A DNA stretch of 64,000 bases from an uncultured Cytophagia bacterium. GTDB taxonomy: Bacteria > Zhuqueibacterota > Zhuqueibacteria > Thermofontimicrobiales > Thiofontviventaceae. The position numbers were made by a program, and so were the translations under genes. A model generated the notes under the pieces. It saw only the letters and a program-made list of their open reading frames with translations. It ran no database searches and was not told the DNA's origin. Numbering within the stretch: position 1 is the stretch's first letter; the number at the start of each line of letters is the position of its first letter. The stretch covers positions 40,919-104,918 of the forward strand of contig CAZCJL010000002.1 in assembly GCA_964498785.1 (NCBI GenBank), written 5' to 3'. Positions 48,953-59,071 of this stretch are shown here, one piece after another.

Positions 48953-49236
48953 ATTCAAAACTCAATCAAAAAGGTGTGAATAAATAACGAATCGCTCAGA
49001 TAAATTAATATAAGATATTTCTGATTAAAACTCAATAAGAAAAATGATATGTAATGCAGAGAAAACAAATATCGAATTTCGCCGAATTCAAATACTAATT
49101 TAAATATACAATAGCAATAAAGAAATTGAATATTTAAATTGATTGTTTTTTGAAGAATACGTATATTTAAAAAGTTATAAATAGTAAACACACAAATTGT
49201 GAAGACACAGTAAAATGAAACATGGGAGGCGAATAA

Positions 49237-49962
49237 ATGAGTACTCGATTTTTATCTTTTATCATTTGTATAATGTTTATTTTTACATGCAGCATCGCAA
49301 ATACACAACCAATGTTTCAAGCGGGTGTAAAATTTATTGGAGGATTTCCTCGCGGTGAATTTAATAATCATGTAAAAAATACCGGTATCGGAGGTACAGG
49401 GACTTTTTTATATAACTTTGAACACAAGCCGTTTGCTGCTGGCGTATCTCTCGGATTTCTCATTTATGGACGTGATACTCGGACAGAACCATTTAGCAGC
49501 ACGGTCCAGGATGTCTATGTAGATGTAATAACAACAAATAACATTTTAAAGGGGCACCTGGTGTTGCGGGCGCAATCCCCTGAAGGACTGGGAGGCGGCG
49601 CGATTATTCCCTATTTTGATGCGATGTTCGGATTCCACTATTTATTTACAGAAACCAGGGTGCAGGATACAGATGCTTTTGGAACGGGATATGATATCGC
49701 CAGTTCCACAAATTACGATGATATTGCGACGAGTTACGGCGGTGGAGGAGGCTTTATGGTTCGAGTTTATGATAGTTCTCGTGATGCCGAGGGAATTGAA
49801 GCGGTTTATGTCGATTTTAGCGTACATTATTTAAAAGGGGGGGAAGCTGAATACCTTAAAAAAGATGGCATCATTCGATCCGATGAAAAGGTTACCTATA
49901 ATCCCAGCAAATCTACAACAAATTTGTTGAATTTTTCTTTAGGAGTTGCCTTTTATTTTTAA
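49237..49962 (+). CDS. Small outer-membrane beta-barrel protein (OmpA-like/porin-family fold)
   Basis: Signal peptide. Alternating beta-strand pattern. The terminal residues ...LGVAFYF are aromatic. SD GGGAGG. Confidence 0.6.
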   Translation: MSTRFLSFIICIMFIFTCSIANTQPMFQAGVKFIGGFPRGEFNNHVKNTGIGGTGTFLYNFEHKPFAAGVSLGFLIYGRDTRTEPFSSTVQDVYVDVITTNNILKGHLVLRAQSPEGLGGGAIIPYFDAMFGFHYLFTETRVQDTDAFGTGYDIASSTNYDDIATSYGGGGGFMVRVYDSSRDAEGIEAVYVDFSVHYLKGGEAEYLKKDGIIRSDEKVTYNPSKSTTNLLNFSLGVAFYF

Positions 49963-49988
49963 AACATGTGAAAAGATTATTAGCAAAG

Positions 49989-50020
49989 GCTGGCGTGCTT
50001 TAGAGACGCCGGTCTTTTTA
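49989..50020 (+). terminator. Probable rho-independent terminator
   Basis: ctggcgtg-ctttagag-acgccgg followed by TCTTTTTATT. Confidence 0.45.
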
Positions 50021-50151
50021 TTAATAACTATCCGGTATTCCAGCATCTGTCCACTTATCGAAAATCATTCATCTTTTTATTGAATTTTAAAGAAAACTTC
50101 ATAAATTAATAGAAAGTATTTGGATTAAAATAATTAATTGAGGAGAGAGTT

Positions 50152-52305
50152 ATGAATAAACATTTCGTATTGATACTATTAGTTCTTGTATTATGCGTAA
50201 CTTTTGGTGTTGCCGAAGAGGGGATGTATCCGATGAGTGGAATCCATAAGTTAAATCTAACAGAAAAAGGATTAGCAATTCCGACATCAGAAATTTATAA
50301 TCCGGACGGCGTCAGTCTAATAGACGGCATTTGTAGAGTGAATGGCTGTACCGGTTCATTTGTTTCGGAAAATGGTTTGATTTTAACAAATCATCATTGT
50401 GCTTATCGTGCTGTTCATGCAGCAAGCTCCGCTGATAATGACTATATCCGGAATGGTTTTCTTGCGAAAGATAGAAGCGGAGAGATACATGCAATTAATT
50501 ACACGGTACGAATTACTGAGTCTTATGAAGATGTTTCAGCCGAAGTGTTGAGCGTTGTCACCGATGAAATGAATTTTTATGAGCGGACAAAGGCCATCGA
50601 GAAGAAAATTAAACAGATTGAAAAAGACGCAGAAGATCAAAATCCTGGTAAACGGGCAGATATTGCAGAAATGTTCACCGGGAAAACGTACGTGCTGTTC
50701 ATCTATGCCTATTTGAAAGATATTCGACTTGTGTACGCTCCGCCACGTTCGATTGGTGAATTTGGCGGTGAGGAAGATAATTGGATCTGGCCGCGTCACA
50801 CCGGAGATTTCTCGTTTTTAAGAGCCTATACTGCTTCCGACGGCAGCTCGGCCGAATATTCGCCCAACAATGTGCCATACAAGCCGCGAAAGTTTCTAAA
50901 AATTGCGCCAGAGGGAGTAAATGAAGAGGATTTCGTTTTTATCTTTGGCTATCCGGGAAGAACGTACCGCCATCGTACGTCGTACTTTTTGGCATACGAA
51001 GAGGACATTCGGATGCCACGGGTAGTAAAACTTTACGACTCGCTCATTTCCCTGATGAAAAAAATGGGAGAGAACGACCGTGAAGTCGCTTTAAAACATT
51101 TATCGCGTATTAAAGGTCTTTCCAATGTGCTAAAAAATTATCGCGGAAAATTGCTTGGTTTAAAACGGTTGAATCTTGTTGAAAAAAAGCGTCTTAAAGA
51201 AAAGGAGTTGATAAAATTTATCCGGTCAGATGAAAAACGAAATAAAAAATATGGAGATATTTTACCTGCTCTTGAAAAGTTATATCTCGATAGACGAGCA
51301 ACATCCGAATATGAATTTAACCTGCAATATATGCGACAGAATGCGTATATGCTCCGATTCGCTCTCACAGTATATGAAGCAGCGGTTGAACGCCAGAAAA
51401 AAGATATCGAACGCGAATCCGCGTATATGGATAAAAATTTCTCCCGTACAAAAAAGCGATTGTTGATGATGACGAAAGATTACTATGAGCCAACAGATAA
51501 AACCGTTTTTAAAGAATTTTTTATGCGGTTAGCTGAATTGCCAGAAAATCAACAGATCGACGTTGTAAAGTCGATAATAAATGGCAAAGATCCGGAAACG
51601 GCTATTGATGATTTTCTGACAACTGCTTACGCAGCAAGCAAATTGCATAAACCAGACTATCTGGAGCAGGCATTACTAAAATCCGAAAAAGAACTGAACC
51701 AGTTGGATGATCCGTTTCTCGATTTTGCAATCACTATTTATCCGATATATAAAGAATTAAGAGAAACCGGGAAATCGCGCAAAGGACAAAGTGATGAATT
51801 GGCTGCACGGTTAATTGATGTTAAAAAAGATTTTTTAAAAACTGATTTCATCCCCGATGCCAATGGTACATTGCGGTTTACTTACGGATATATTCGGGGT
51901 TATTCTCCGGTGGATGCTGTTTATTATCATCCGATTACAACTCTGAACGGCGTGATTGAAAAAACAACGAACGAACCTCCTTTTAATACCCCGAAAAAAT
52001 TAATCGAGCTCTATAATGCAAAAGAGTATGGGCGGTTTTATAATCCCGAACTGGGAGGCGTTCCTACTGCGATTTTATATGACATGGATACTACCGGTGG
52101 AAATTCGGGAAGTCCGGTGATGAATGCAAACGGAGAAATTGTTGGTGTAAACTTTGACCGTGCGTTTGAAGCGACAATTAACGATTTTGGCTGGAGCCAG
52201 GACTACAGTCGTTCCATTGCTGTCGATATTCGATATGTTTTGTGGGTCACTCAAAAATTTGCAGGAGCAGATTATCTGTTGCGCGAAATGAAAATTATTG
52301 AATAA
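50152..52305 (+). CDS. S46-family dipeptidyl-peptidase (DPP7/DPP11-like)
   Basis: Signal peptide. N-terminal GCTGSFVSENGLILTNHHCA (catalytic His region). C-terminal GGNSGSPV (catalytic Ser). Length 717 aa. Confidence 0.88.
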   Translation: MNKHFVLILLVLVLCVTFGVAEEGMYPMSGIHKLNLTEKGLAIPTSEIYNPDGVSLIDGICRVNGCTGSFVSENGLILTNHHCAYRAVHAASSADNDYIRNGFLAKDRSGEIHAINYTVRITESYEDVSAEVLSVVTDEMNFYERTKAIEKKIKQIEKDAEDQNPGKRADIAEMFTGKTYVLFIYAYLKDIRLVYAPPRSIGEFGGEEDNWIWPRHTGDFSFLRAYTASDGSSAEYSPNNVPYKPRKFLKIAPEGVNEEDFVFIFGYPGRTYRHRTSYFLAYEEDIRMPRVVKLYDSLISLMKKMGENDREVALKHLSRIKGLSNVLKNYRGKLLGLKRLNLVEKKRLKEKELIKFIRSDEKRNKKYGDILPALEKLYLDRRATSEYEFNLQYMRQNAYMLRFALTVYEAAVERQKKDIERESAYMDKNFSRTKKRLLMMTKDYYEPTDKTVFKEFFMRLAELPENQQIDVVKSIINGKDPETAIDDFLTTAYAASKLHKPDYLEQALLKSEKELNQLDDPFLDFAITIYPIYKELRETGKSRKGQSDELAARLIDVKKDFLKTDFIPDANGTLRFTYGYIRGYSPVDAVYYHPITTLNGVIEKTTNEPPFNTPKKLIELYNAKEYGRFYNPELGGVPTAILYDMDTTGGNSGSPVMNANGEIVGVNFDRAFEATINDFGWSQDYSRSIAVDIRYVLWVTQKFAGADYLLREMKIIE

Positions 52306-52363
52306 CCTAAAATTTTAAATGAAAATATTCAGACTTATTATAACCATATATTTTATTTTATAT

Positions 52364-52464
52364 GGAGTGTAATACTCATATACTCCTGTGCGTCCCGGGA
52401 GCATTTATGCATTGCACTGAATCGCATAAATGCACCCGGGACAAACAGGGGGGCGATTCACTCC
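52364..52464. repeat. 101-nt imperfect palindromic (BIME-like) repeat, a full two-arm copy of the family seen at 24459-24506
   Basis: ggagtg...ctcctgtgcgtcccggg-a-gcatttatgc-attgcactgaatc-gcataaatgc-a-cccggg...cactcc. The central hairpin is 17 bp and is bracketed by ggagtg/cactcc. Confidence 0.55.
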
Positions 52465-52550
52465 CGAACGCATATTCAATTTTTAAAGATAGTTAATTAT
52501 TGTTTTAGAATTTCAGGAATAATTTTAATTACTTGTGGAGATTTGTTAAA

Positions 52551-53804
52551 ATGACAAATGAAAGCAGCGCCCTAAACAAAACGCGTGTACGCATCGACTC
52601 GATTGATGCATTCAGGGGAATTACAATATTTTTAATGGTGTTTGTTATTGCGGTGGCAGCAGGTAATTATCCGAATCTCCCACAAGAACGATCATGGTTC
52701 GGAAGTCTGCCAGTGTCCGCCTGGAATCATGCCGAAGTCGGGTGGGAGCGATTTGTTGAGGAAATGAGGGAAGCTGGTCTTTCAGAAAATGAAATTAAAT
52801 TGCTGCCAGAGGCAAAATTAAAAAATGTTGGCCTGACTGCGACCGACCTGGTTGCGCCTTTTTTTATTTTCATCGTGGGATTGGTGATCCCGTTGAGCAG
52901 GAGCCGTCGCGGGCGCGAGTGGTGGAACCACGTTGCCAGCAGAACGCTCAAATTAATTATCGCCGGAGTATTGTACATTAGCCTGATTTTGGGTTTGTCG
53001 TGGTGGTGGGGAATATTGCAGGCGATTGGCATTGCCTATTTTATGGGAGCTGCAAGCATGAGATTACCACGGCGAATGAAATGGATCACTGTTTTTGGAG
53101 TGCTTGCGCTTCATTTGGTAATGACAGAGTTTGTTGGCTGGTGGCTGCAATTTGGCAATATAGCCGAGCCTTTTTGGCGCATCAGTGATCCACTGGGAAA
53201 TATGGCAAAACCACTGATTATCCATTGTCTGCCGTGGGTTTCTATTTCCTACGGTGCAATGACCATGATCGGCGTTTTGCTCGGAGAGGCAATTGTTACC
53301 GGAAAACGAAAAGCAATCACCCAACGAAGCATGCTGATTGGTGTGGTGTTTATGGGGCTGGGATATGCGATTCACAAAACAGGCCTAATCATAGGTCACA
53401 CCAGTTTATGTTTCAATAAACCCGATGTGAGCGCTTCGTATGCTATGTTTACCTCCGGCCTCGGTGCAATGGTTTTTCTTGCGCTTTATTATATTATGGA
53501 TATCTGGGGAAAGAAAAAATGGGCATATCCTTTTGCAGAGTTCGGCAGAAATGCGCTATTAGCCTATTTTATGCAAGTCATCATGAGAATTTTTTTCCGG
53601 GGACTTCATCTGGAATATTTCTTTGCTGGCAAACCGAATGAAGCGCTTTTAAAATGGGCCGACGTTCTGAACTCACCATTCTGGACTGCGTTTTTGCTTG
53701 ACAAAAGCGGCTACAATGGAATGGTGTGGGGACTTATCTGGACGGTGTGTTTGTGGGGGATAATTATGTATTTTAACAAGAAGAGTATTTATTGGAAATT
53801 ATAA
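52551..53804 (+). CDS. DUF1624/HGSNAT-like acyltransferase-family membrane protein
   Basis: N-terminal RIDSIDAFRGITIFLMVFV matches the family's RxxSLDxxRG motif. Multiple TM helices. The ATG is at 52551; the track's 52533 is a TTG. Confidence 0.65.
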   Translation: MTNESSALNKTRVRIDSIDAFRGITIFLMVFVIAVAAGNYPNLPQERSWFGSLPVSAWNHAEVGWERFVEEMREAGLSENEIKLLPEAKLKNVGLTATDLVAPFFIFIVGLVIPLSRSRRGREWWNHVASRTLKLIIAGVLYISLILGLSWWWGILQAIGIAYFMGAASMRLPRRMKWITVFGVLALHLVMTEFVGWWLQFGNIAEPFWRISDPLGNMAKPLIIHCLPWVSISYGAMTMIGVLLGEAIVTGKRKAITQRSMLIGVVFMGLGYAIHKTGLIIGHTSLCFNKPDVSASYAMFTSGLGAMVFLALYYIMDIWGKKKWAYPFAEFGRNALLAYFMQVIMRIFFRGLHLEYFFAGKPNEALLKWADVLNSPFWTAFLLDKSGYNGMVWGLIWTVCLWGIIMYFNKKSIYWKL

Positions 53805-53818
53805 AACTAAAATATTGC

Positions 53819-54850
53819 CTAAGCCGCGCAGGTGCGGTTTCGCCCATTTTTTTTTGCTTGGTAAAGCGCCCGGTCCGCTGCTTTGATTAAGTGAACGGCT
53901 GTTTTTACTTGTCTGGTTATTTCAGCAACACCAAGACTAATTGTTACCTTTATCCCAAATTGTTCTTTACTTAGAGAGGCGACTTTCCGGCGTATTTTTT
54001 CTGCAACTTTTGCAGCTTTTATAATTTCAGTGTTCGGTAAAATAACTGCTAATTCTTCACCGCCATAGCGGCAGGCGATATCAGTCGTCCGAATCGCTGA
54101 ACGGATAAAACCGGCGACACCTTCTAAAACCTCATCCCCTTTTTGATGGCCATAAGTGTCGTTAAATTTTTTAAAATTATCAATATCGATCATTATTAAA
54201 GATACTATTTGTTTATTTCGCTGAGCTAATTTAATTTCCCTGTCAATGCTCATGTTAAAATATGAACGATTGAACAAGCCGGTGGTCTGATCGTGATAGG
54301 CCAGCATTGATAGTTCGTTCTGGCTTTCAACGATTAATTCATGGTATTCCCTCAAGCTATCTTTTAAATTATGGTCATCAACAGATCGTAATATTTTAGA
54401 AAATTTTTGCTCCATTAACATTTCTGCCTGATTTTTTAGAAATGGCAATTGCGATTTGTCTGATGGATTATGGAGACGTTCTTCAAAAGTTAGTTTATTG
54501 CCCACTAAATCGATAATATCCATATTTTGCAGATAGCCGACAGTTGCGGGGAATCCGTTAATAATACTACCGTTGCGGCTGTTTAAGTCTTCAAAAATAA
54601 AGGATTGTGTCTCAAAACACCAACGTATGGCTCCGTGATTACGGGAAACTTTGGAATCAATTATTTGCACGTCACATTGTTGTGCACGTCCGATAATATA
54701 CTTTTTCCTTTTATCCAGGGCGATCAACCGTCCATTAAAGATCAGATAATATTTTCGTTCTGGCTTTTCAGCTCGTCTATTTTCCCGTTCTTGATCAGAA
54801 ACCAGCATAGTTTTTTTATTTAATAAACGAACTGCTGTTTTACCAGCCAT
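53819..54850 (-). CDS. FHA-domain-containing diguanylate cyclase (GGDEF)
   Basis: N-terminal FHA (GRAQQCDVQI...SRNHGAI...DLNSRNGSIING). C-terminal GGDEF with the RYGGEE active-site motif. Confidence 0.85.
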   Translation of the reverse strand: MAGKTAVRLLNKKTMLVSDQERENRRAEKPERKYYLIFNGRLIALDKRKKYIIGRAQQCDVQIIDSKVSRNHGAIRWCFETQSFIFEDLNSRNGSIINGFPATVGYLQNMDIIDLVGNKLTFEERLHNPSDKSQLPFLKNQAEMLMEQKFSKILRSVDDHNLKDSLREYHELIVESQNELSMLAYHDQTTGLFNRSYFNMSIDREIKLAQRNKQIVSLIMIDIDNFKKFNDTYGHQKGDEVLEGVAGFIRSAIRTTDIACRYGGEELAVILPNTEIIKAAKVAEKIRRKVASLSKEQFGIKVTISLGVAEITRQVKTAVHLIKAADRALYQAKKNGRNRTCAA

Positions 54851-55188
54851 ACGTATACTCCGAAACTTTAGTTATCGCTGTTTTTCCTTTTAGAAATATG
54901 ATTTCAAAAAAGAAAATAAACATCCTGTAATAGTAATTTTTTATTACAAGTTATCGCGACATTAAATTTTTGTGGGAACTTAAAATTTAGGATTAAATTG
55001 AAAAGATATTCTTTATTTGGGGGTTATTATTGGTTTCCGAAATTTCCTGAAAAGCCCTGGTAGAAATTAATATTAACCAACCAAATCACAACAATGTTAG
55101 AATAGAATATATTGAAAATTTAATAAATTGTCAATAAAAAAATTAAATGGATTTAGCATTCTTTAAAATTGATAATTAATTAAATTTA

Positions 55189-55545
55189 TTATCTGGTATC
55201 TTCTACAATAATTATACCAAAGGTTTTGTCTGCAAAAGTAAATCCAATGTTGACAATGCCCTTAATCGTTACGGTTTCGCCCTTCAGGGGAACCCGACCT
55301 GCAGGTTTCACCCAGATTTTTCCGGTCGTATCGCTAATTTGACAAAAACCTTTATCAATAAAGGGAAGCGCGATAATTTGAATCACTTCTCCTTTAACTG
55401 TAACATTTTTATTTTTAAAATGTTGCGGATTGCTCTGTATCGAATCAATATGGTGTGGAATAATCGCAGCGCAATCTATTTCGATTGCAATCAAAATAAT
55501 CAAAAGGATAATAAACGTGGTTTTGTCGCGATATGAATTTATCAT
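55189..55545 (-). CDS. Hypothetical membrane-anchored small protein
   Basis: 118 aa with an N-terminal TM helix (TFIILLIILIAI). No recognisable motif. Confidence 0.45.
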   Translation of the reverse strand: MINSYRDKTTFIILLIILIAIEIDCAAIIPHHIDSIQSNPQHFKNKNVTVKGEVIQIIALPFIDKGFCQISDTTGKIWVKPAGRVPLKGETVTIKGIVNIGFTFADKTFGIIIVEDTR

Positions 55546-55550
55546 AATAA

Positions 55551-56042
55551 TTAATTATTCGATTTCGAGGAGCGCTTGTCCTCGGATAAATGGCTTAAAT
55601 AACCGAACAATGCAGAAACGTAAAATTCATAACCGATACTTTTGTAACTAAAATGTATAAAGAGCGGAATAAATAATAAGGGCAGAGGAATTACCACTGC
55701 TGCGAATAGCGAATGTAAAAAACCGCGATGTTTAAATATGATTGCCCATACCGCAAAAAAACCGGTCCCGGCAGCCCATCCGTAGTAACCATATAAAATT
55801 AATAAGCCTAATAAAGTTAAAAGTAATAAATAAATAATCCGCTGTGATTTGCTTTTGATATCAATATCTGGAAACAGAGCGCTTAAGTAAGTTAAACCAA
55901 AACAAAGTGGAATGCGCCAGAGATTTTGCAAGAATTCCAATATATTAAAGTTTGTTTTCCATAAAATGATGGGAAAAACAAGTATGAGCGCCCAAACAAA
56001 AGCGTGTAATCCTTTTTGAGAGTGCTCTGAAAAATTACTCAT
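55551..56042 (-). CDS. Membrane-bound metal-dependent hydrolase-like protein (DUF457/YdjM-like)
   Basis: Four to five TM helices with conserved His/Asp residues (HAFVW, PDIDIK, HRGFLHS). The family assignment is tentative. Confidence 0.5.
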   Translation of the reverse strand: MSNFSEHSQKGLHAFVWALILVFPIILWKTNFNILEFLQNLWRIPLCFGLTYLSALFPDIDIKSKSQRIIYLLLLTLLGLLILYGYYGWAAGTGFFAVWAIIFKHRGFLHSLFAAVVIPLPLLFIPLFIHFSYKSIGYEFYVSALFGYLSHLSEDKRSSKSNN

Positions 56043-56232
56043 GATTATCCAAATAATACACCAAATTTGTCATTTTTTTAATATACTAAAATTAAAATTT
56101 TATGTCAATAGTCAAAGTAATTTTTTATTTCTTGACTTTTACAGGATGAATTTGTATTTTTCTAAATAATCTTATTAGATTGATAAAATAGGAGGAAGCA
56201 GTATTATTCTGAAAATTTAATGAGGAAAGGAA

Positions 56233-56655
56233 ATGAGTGATAATTTAATCGGGAATGAAATTGTATCTCACTGCGGAAAATGTAAAAGTGATACACTGCA
56301 CCTTATTACAGCAGTAAATGGCGCTCAGATTGAAAAAGTTCTGTGCAAAATTTGTCTTAGTTATCACAGATTTAGAACACCTAAAAATTCAATACCAAAT
56401 CATTCACAACATAAAAAAAATACCATGACTACAAAAAAAAAGCGTTCAATTTCGGCAAAGAAAGCTGCTGAAATAATAAGTTTGGACCCGGAAGACGCGA
56501 TAGAATATCAAATGACATTAAGTTATGATGTTGATGCAAAAATTAGCCATAAAATATTCGGGCTTGGAATTGTTAAAAACATCATTGATAGTCAAAAAAT
56601 AGAAGTTTTATTTAAAGATAAAGAACGGATTCTGGTCCAGAACTACAAGTTATAA
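56233..56655 (+). CDS. Hypothetical zinc-ribbon protein
   Basis: CGKC....CKIC zinc ribbon, a basic linker and a small C-terminal domain. SD GAGGAAAGG. Confidence 0.5.
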   Translation: MSDNLIGNEIVSHCGKCKSDTLHLITAVNGAQIEKVLCKICLSYHRFRTPKNSIPNHSQHKKNTMTTKKKRSISAKKAAEIISLDPEDAIEYQMTLSYDVDAKISHKIFGLGIVKNIIDSQKIEVLFKDKERILVQNYKL

Positions 56656-56687
56656 TAAACAACAATTTAACAACTATATTAATTGCT

Positions 56688-56735
56688 AAAGCATAAGGAA
56701 GTTACAGTTATTAAATTACTTATGCTTTTTTTATT
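56688..56735 (+). terminator. Rho-independent terminator
   Basis: aaagcataagg-(about 20-nt loop)-cttatgcttt followed by a T7 run. Confidence 0.5.
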
Positions 56736-57076
56736 TTAATAATACAATAATTTATATAGTTAAGCTATATAATATCTCGTAGATATGTTGATATAATTGC
56801 TAAATTATTGTAATTTTGCAATAATATTCGATTTCTACTTGATATTTTTGCATAAATTCAGTATAATTGAAAACATAATTTTTGAATGATCTTTCGATAA
56901 TAATAATTGGAATAATATATTGCATCAACCCGTTGACAAACTTATATTGATTCGATGATAAGAGAATAGAAAGATCATTAATACAATTAAGCAAATTTAT
57001 GCTTGTCATCCAGGATCATAGATTCATTTACTTTTAGAATGATGATTAAAGAAATAAACAGAGGTTACCGATAAAA

Positions 57077-57592
57077 ATGGAGGCTTTGATGAACAGCTTA
57101 AGAAAAGGTAAGCTTGTTATTTGCGTACTGATAATTTTAGTGAGTTCTGCTATTGTTTTTTCACAAACGAAGAATGGCGAAAAATATCCTCGCGGAGCTC
57201 AATATTTTTTAGGAACAGGCGATGAAATATTAATCAGAGTGAATATTTGGGGTTTTGTGAATAAGCCGGGCCAATATATGGTACCCAGCGAAACCGATCT
57301 CATTTCACTTATATCTTATGCGGGCGGGCCGGCCCGAGGGGCCAAATTATCCAGCATAAAAATTGTTCATTTAAATTCAAGAAGTAATGAAAAGCCGAAC
57401 ATTGAAAAAATAAATGTTGATAAATATCTAAAAAAAGGGGATGATTCAATTATCCCACGGCTTCGCCCCGGAGATACAGTTGTAATTTCAGGATCAAAAT
57501 GGTATTATATGAATACATTTCTGGAGTTTACAACCAAGGTTGCTGTCCTGGTACAGATATATAGCTGGGTTAATTATTATCATGAAAGATGA
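57077..57592 (+). CDS. Polysaccharide export protein (Wza-like Poly_export plus SLBB domain), short form
   Basis: Signal peptide. YFLGTGDEILIRVNIWG....PGQYMVPSETDLISLISYAGGP and PGDTVVISG are typical of the polysaccharide-export SLBB fold. Confidence 0.65.
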   Translation: MEALMNSLRKGKLVICVLIILVSSAIVFSQTKNGEKYPRGAQYFLGTGDEILIRVNIWGFVNKPGQYMVPSETDLISLISYAGGPARGAKLSSIKIVHLNSRSNEKPNIEKINVDKYLKKGDDSIIPRLRPGDTVVISGSKWYYMNTFLEFTTKVAVLVQIYSWVNYYHER

Positions 57593-57725
57593 TCAGTAAG
57601 TAAGTCGAATAAATTGACTTAACTCACTTTAAATATTCGTAATATAGAAAAAAAGTGTTGACAAATTAGAAAAAAGTCAATATCTTAATACATGCATCTC
57701 AGGTAAAACATCTTGGAGGTTTGAA

Positions 57726-58895
57726 ATGAACTCGTCGAAGAAAGTGATAATCGGGGGAATAATTTTTATATTTTTAATGATAACTAACGCTGTAGGCCAG
57801 GTTAATGGTGGATATGGCCTTAATCATGTGCGTTCCGCATGGTCTCTCAAACCGGGTTATTTAACTCTCACCACCAAGACACATTTTTTCGGAAAAGTTT
57901 CCTCTGAACTCGAAAATTCTGCTGTTACATATTGGGTCGTTCAGGGAGCATTCAGTCTTAATTATGGTGTGAATGATCATCTTGAGCTGGCACTAACCCC
58001 GATTGTTTATCAGGATAATCATAAAGGGGGAAAAGGTTATAATTTACCGGATGATTTATATTTAAGTGTAAAATTAGGTTCTTATGACGTCAGCGGGAGC
58101 TCCATCAAATATGGAGTATTGATGCAAACCCGATTTCCTACAGCAGAGCATCACAATGTTGTATTTGAACCATACTCGGCAAACTCAATTTCGTGGGGAT
58201 TTAAAGGTATGGCAACCTATTCCAAAGACCCTTTATATCCTGACGATAATATGAATGCTCATTTTAATCTTGGATATACCAATTTTAATGATGTCGGGCA
58301 AAAGTTAGCATTTCGCGGTGAAAATGACACTGTATCAGTTCGGTCAATGTCTCAGGAGATGACTTTTGGATTGGGAATTGAAATACCGACCTCAGAATTT
58401 GATTTTTCTGTAGAATTATTTGGAAATACATTTTTACAGAAACCGCCGAAGGAAACCGCCTTCAGCCGGGAAAATTATCTCTATTTGACGCCAGGTATCA
58501 CATTTCGAGCGTATCGTTGGTTGTCATTAAATTTTTCAACTGATCTGAGATTATCATCAAATAATGATGAAACAGAATATATGTTTGATTCTAAAATTAA
58601 AGGAATGCCGAATTATCCTTCCTGGCGCGTTAATTTAGGAGCCTCAATGGTGCTGTTACCGACTAAAATCTACAAGTCAAATGAAAAAGATATTTTAATT
58701 AAGAAGGCTGAATCCAGGAGAGAATTGTTTGAACAAATCATTCGTGAACAACGAGAAACAGAATCAGCAGAGCAAGAACTGGAACGAATTAAGACAGAAA
58801 GAAGAAAAGCAGAGAGGGAATTAGAACGCCTGCGACGCATTTTAGAAGGTGAATCCCGCTCTAAAAAAAATAATAATGATGATCAAAATAATTAA
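57726..58895 (+). CDS. Outer-membrane beta-barrel protein with a C-terminal charged coiled-coil (hypothetical)
   Basis: Signal peptide. Beta-strand-rich body. The last roughly 70 aa are a highly charged ER-rich helix (EQELERIKTERRKAERELERLRRILEGE). SD GGAGG. Confidence 0.55.
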   Translation: MNSSKKVIIGGIIFIFLMITNAVGQVNGGYGLNHVRSAWSLKPGYLTLTTKTHFFGKVSSELENSAVTYWVVQGAFSLNYGVNDHLELALTPIVYQDNHKGGKGYNLPDDLYLSVKLGSYDVSGSSIKYGVLMQTRFPTAEHHNVVFEPYSANSISWGFKGMATYSKDPLYPDDNMNAHFNLGYTNFNDVGQKLAFRGENDTVSVRSMSQEMTFGLGIEIPTSEFDFSVELFGNTFLQKPPKETAFSRENYLYLTPGITFRAYRWLSLNFSTDLRLSSNNDETEYMFDSKIKGMPNYPSWRVNLGASMVLLPTKIYKSNEKDILIKKAESRRELFEQIIREQRETESAEQELERIKTERRKAERELERLRRILEGESRSKKNNNDDQNN

Positions 58896-58930
58896 TCCAT
58901 GATTTGAACATAATTTTTGAATTTTTAAAA

Positions 58931-58968
58931 AGCCAGTGTGATATTCACTCACGCTGGCTTTTTTGTTT
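58931..58968 (+). terminator. Rho-independent terminator
   Basis: agccagtgtga-tattcac-tcacgctggct followed by TTTTTTGTTT. Confidence 0.65.
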
Positions 58969-58976
58969 CATTTATC

Positions 58977-59005
58977 TTGACTTTTAAGATGGAAGTTCAT
59001 ATATT
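58977..59005 (+). promoter_or_regulatory. Candidate sigma-70 promoter for fabH (TTGACT-17-TATATT)
   Basis: TTGACT at 58977-58982, a 17-nt spacer and TATATT at 59000-59005. The gene follows at 59072 with SD AAGGAGGG. Confidence 0.45.
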
Positions 59006-59071
59006 TGTAACATTCTGATTAACCTTAAAAAAGGTATTGGTTTATATACTCAAATTAAGGAGGGAACAAGG

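Noticed and set aside
48955-49191. 78-aa ORF in the AT-rich gap between the hydrolase and OMP genes. A similar 69-aa ORF lies at 56800-57009.
   Set aside because: The sequence is extremely AT-rich promoter-like spacer DNA. The translations are Ile/Phe/Leu-rich with no start context, so the ORFs are likely spurious.
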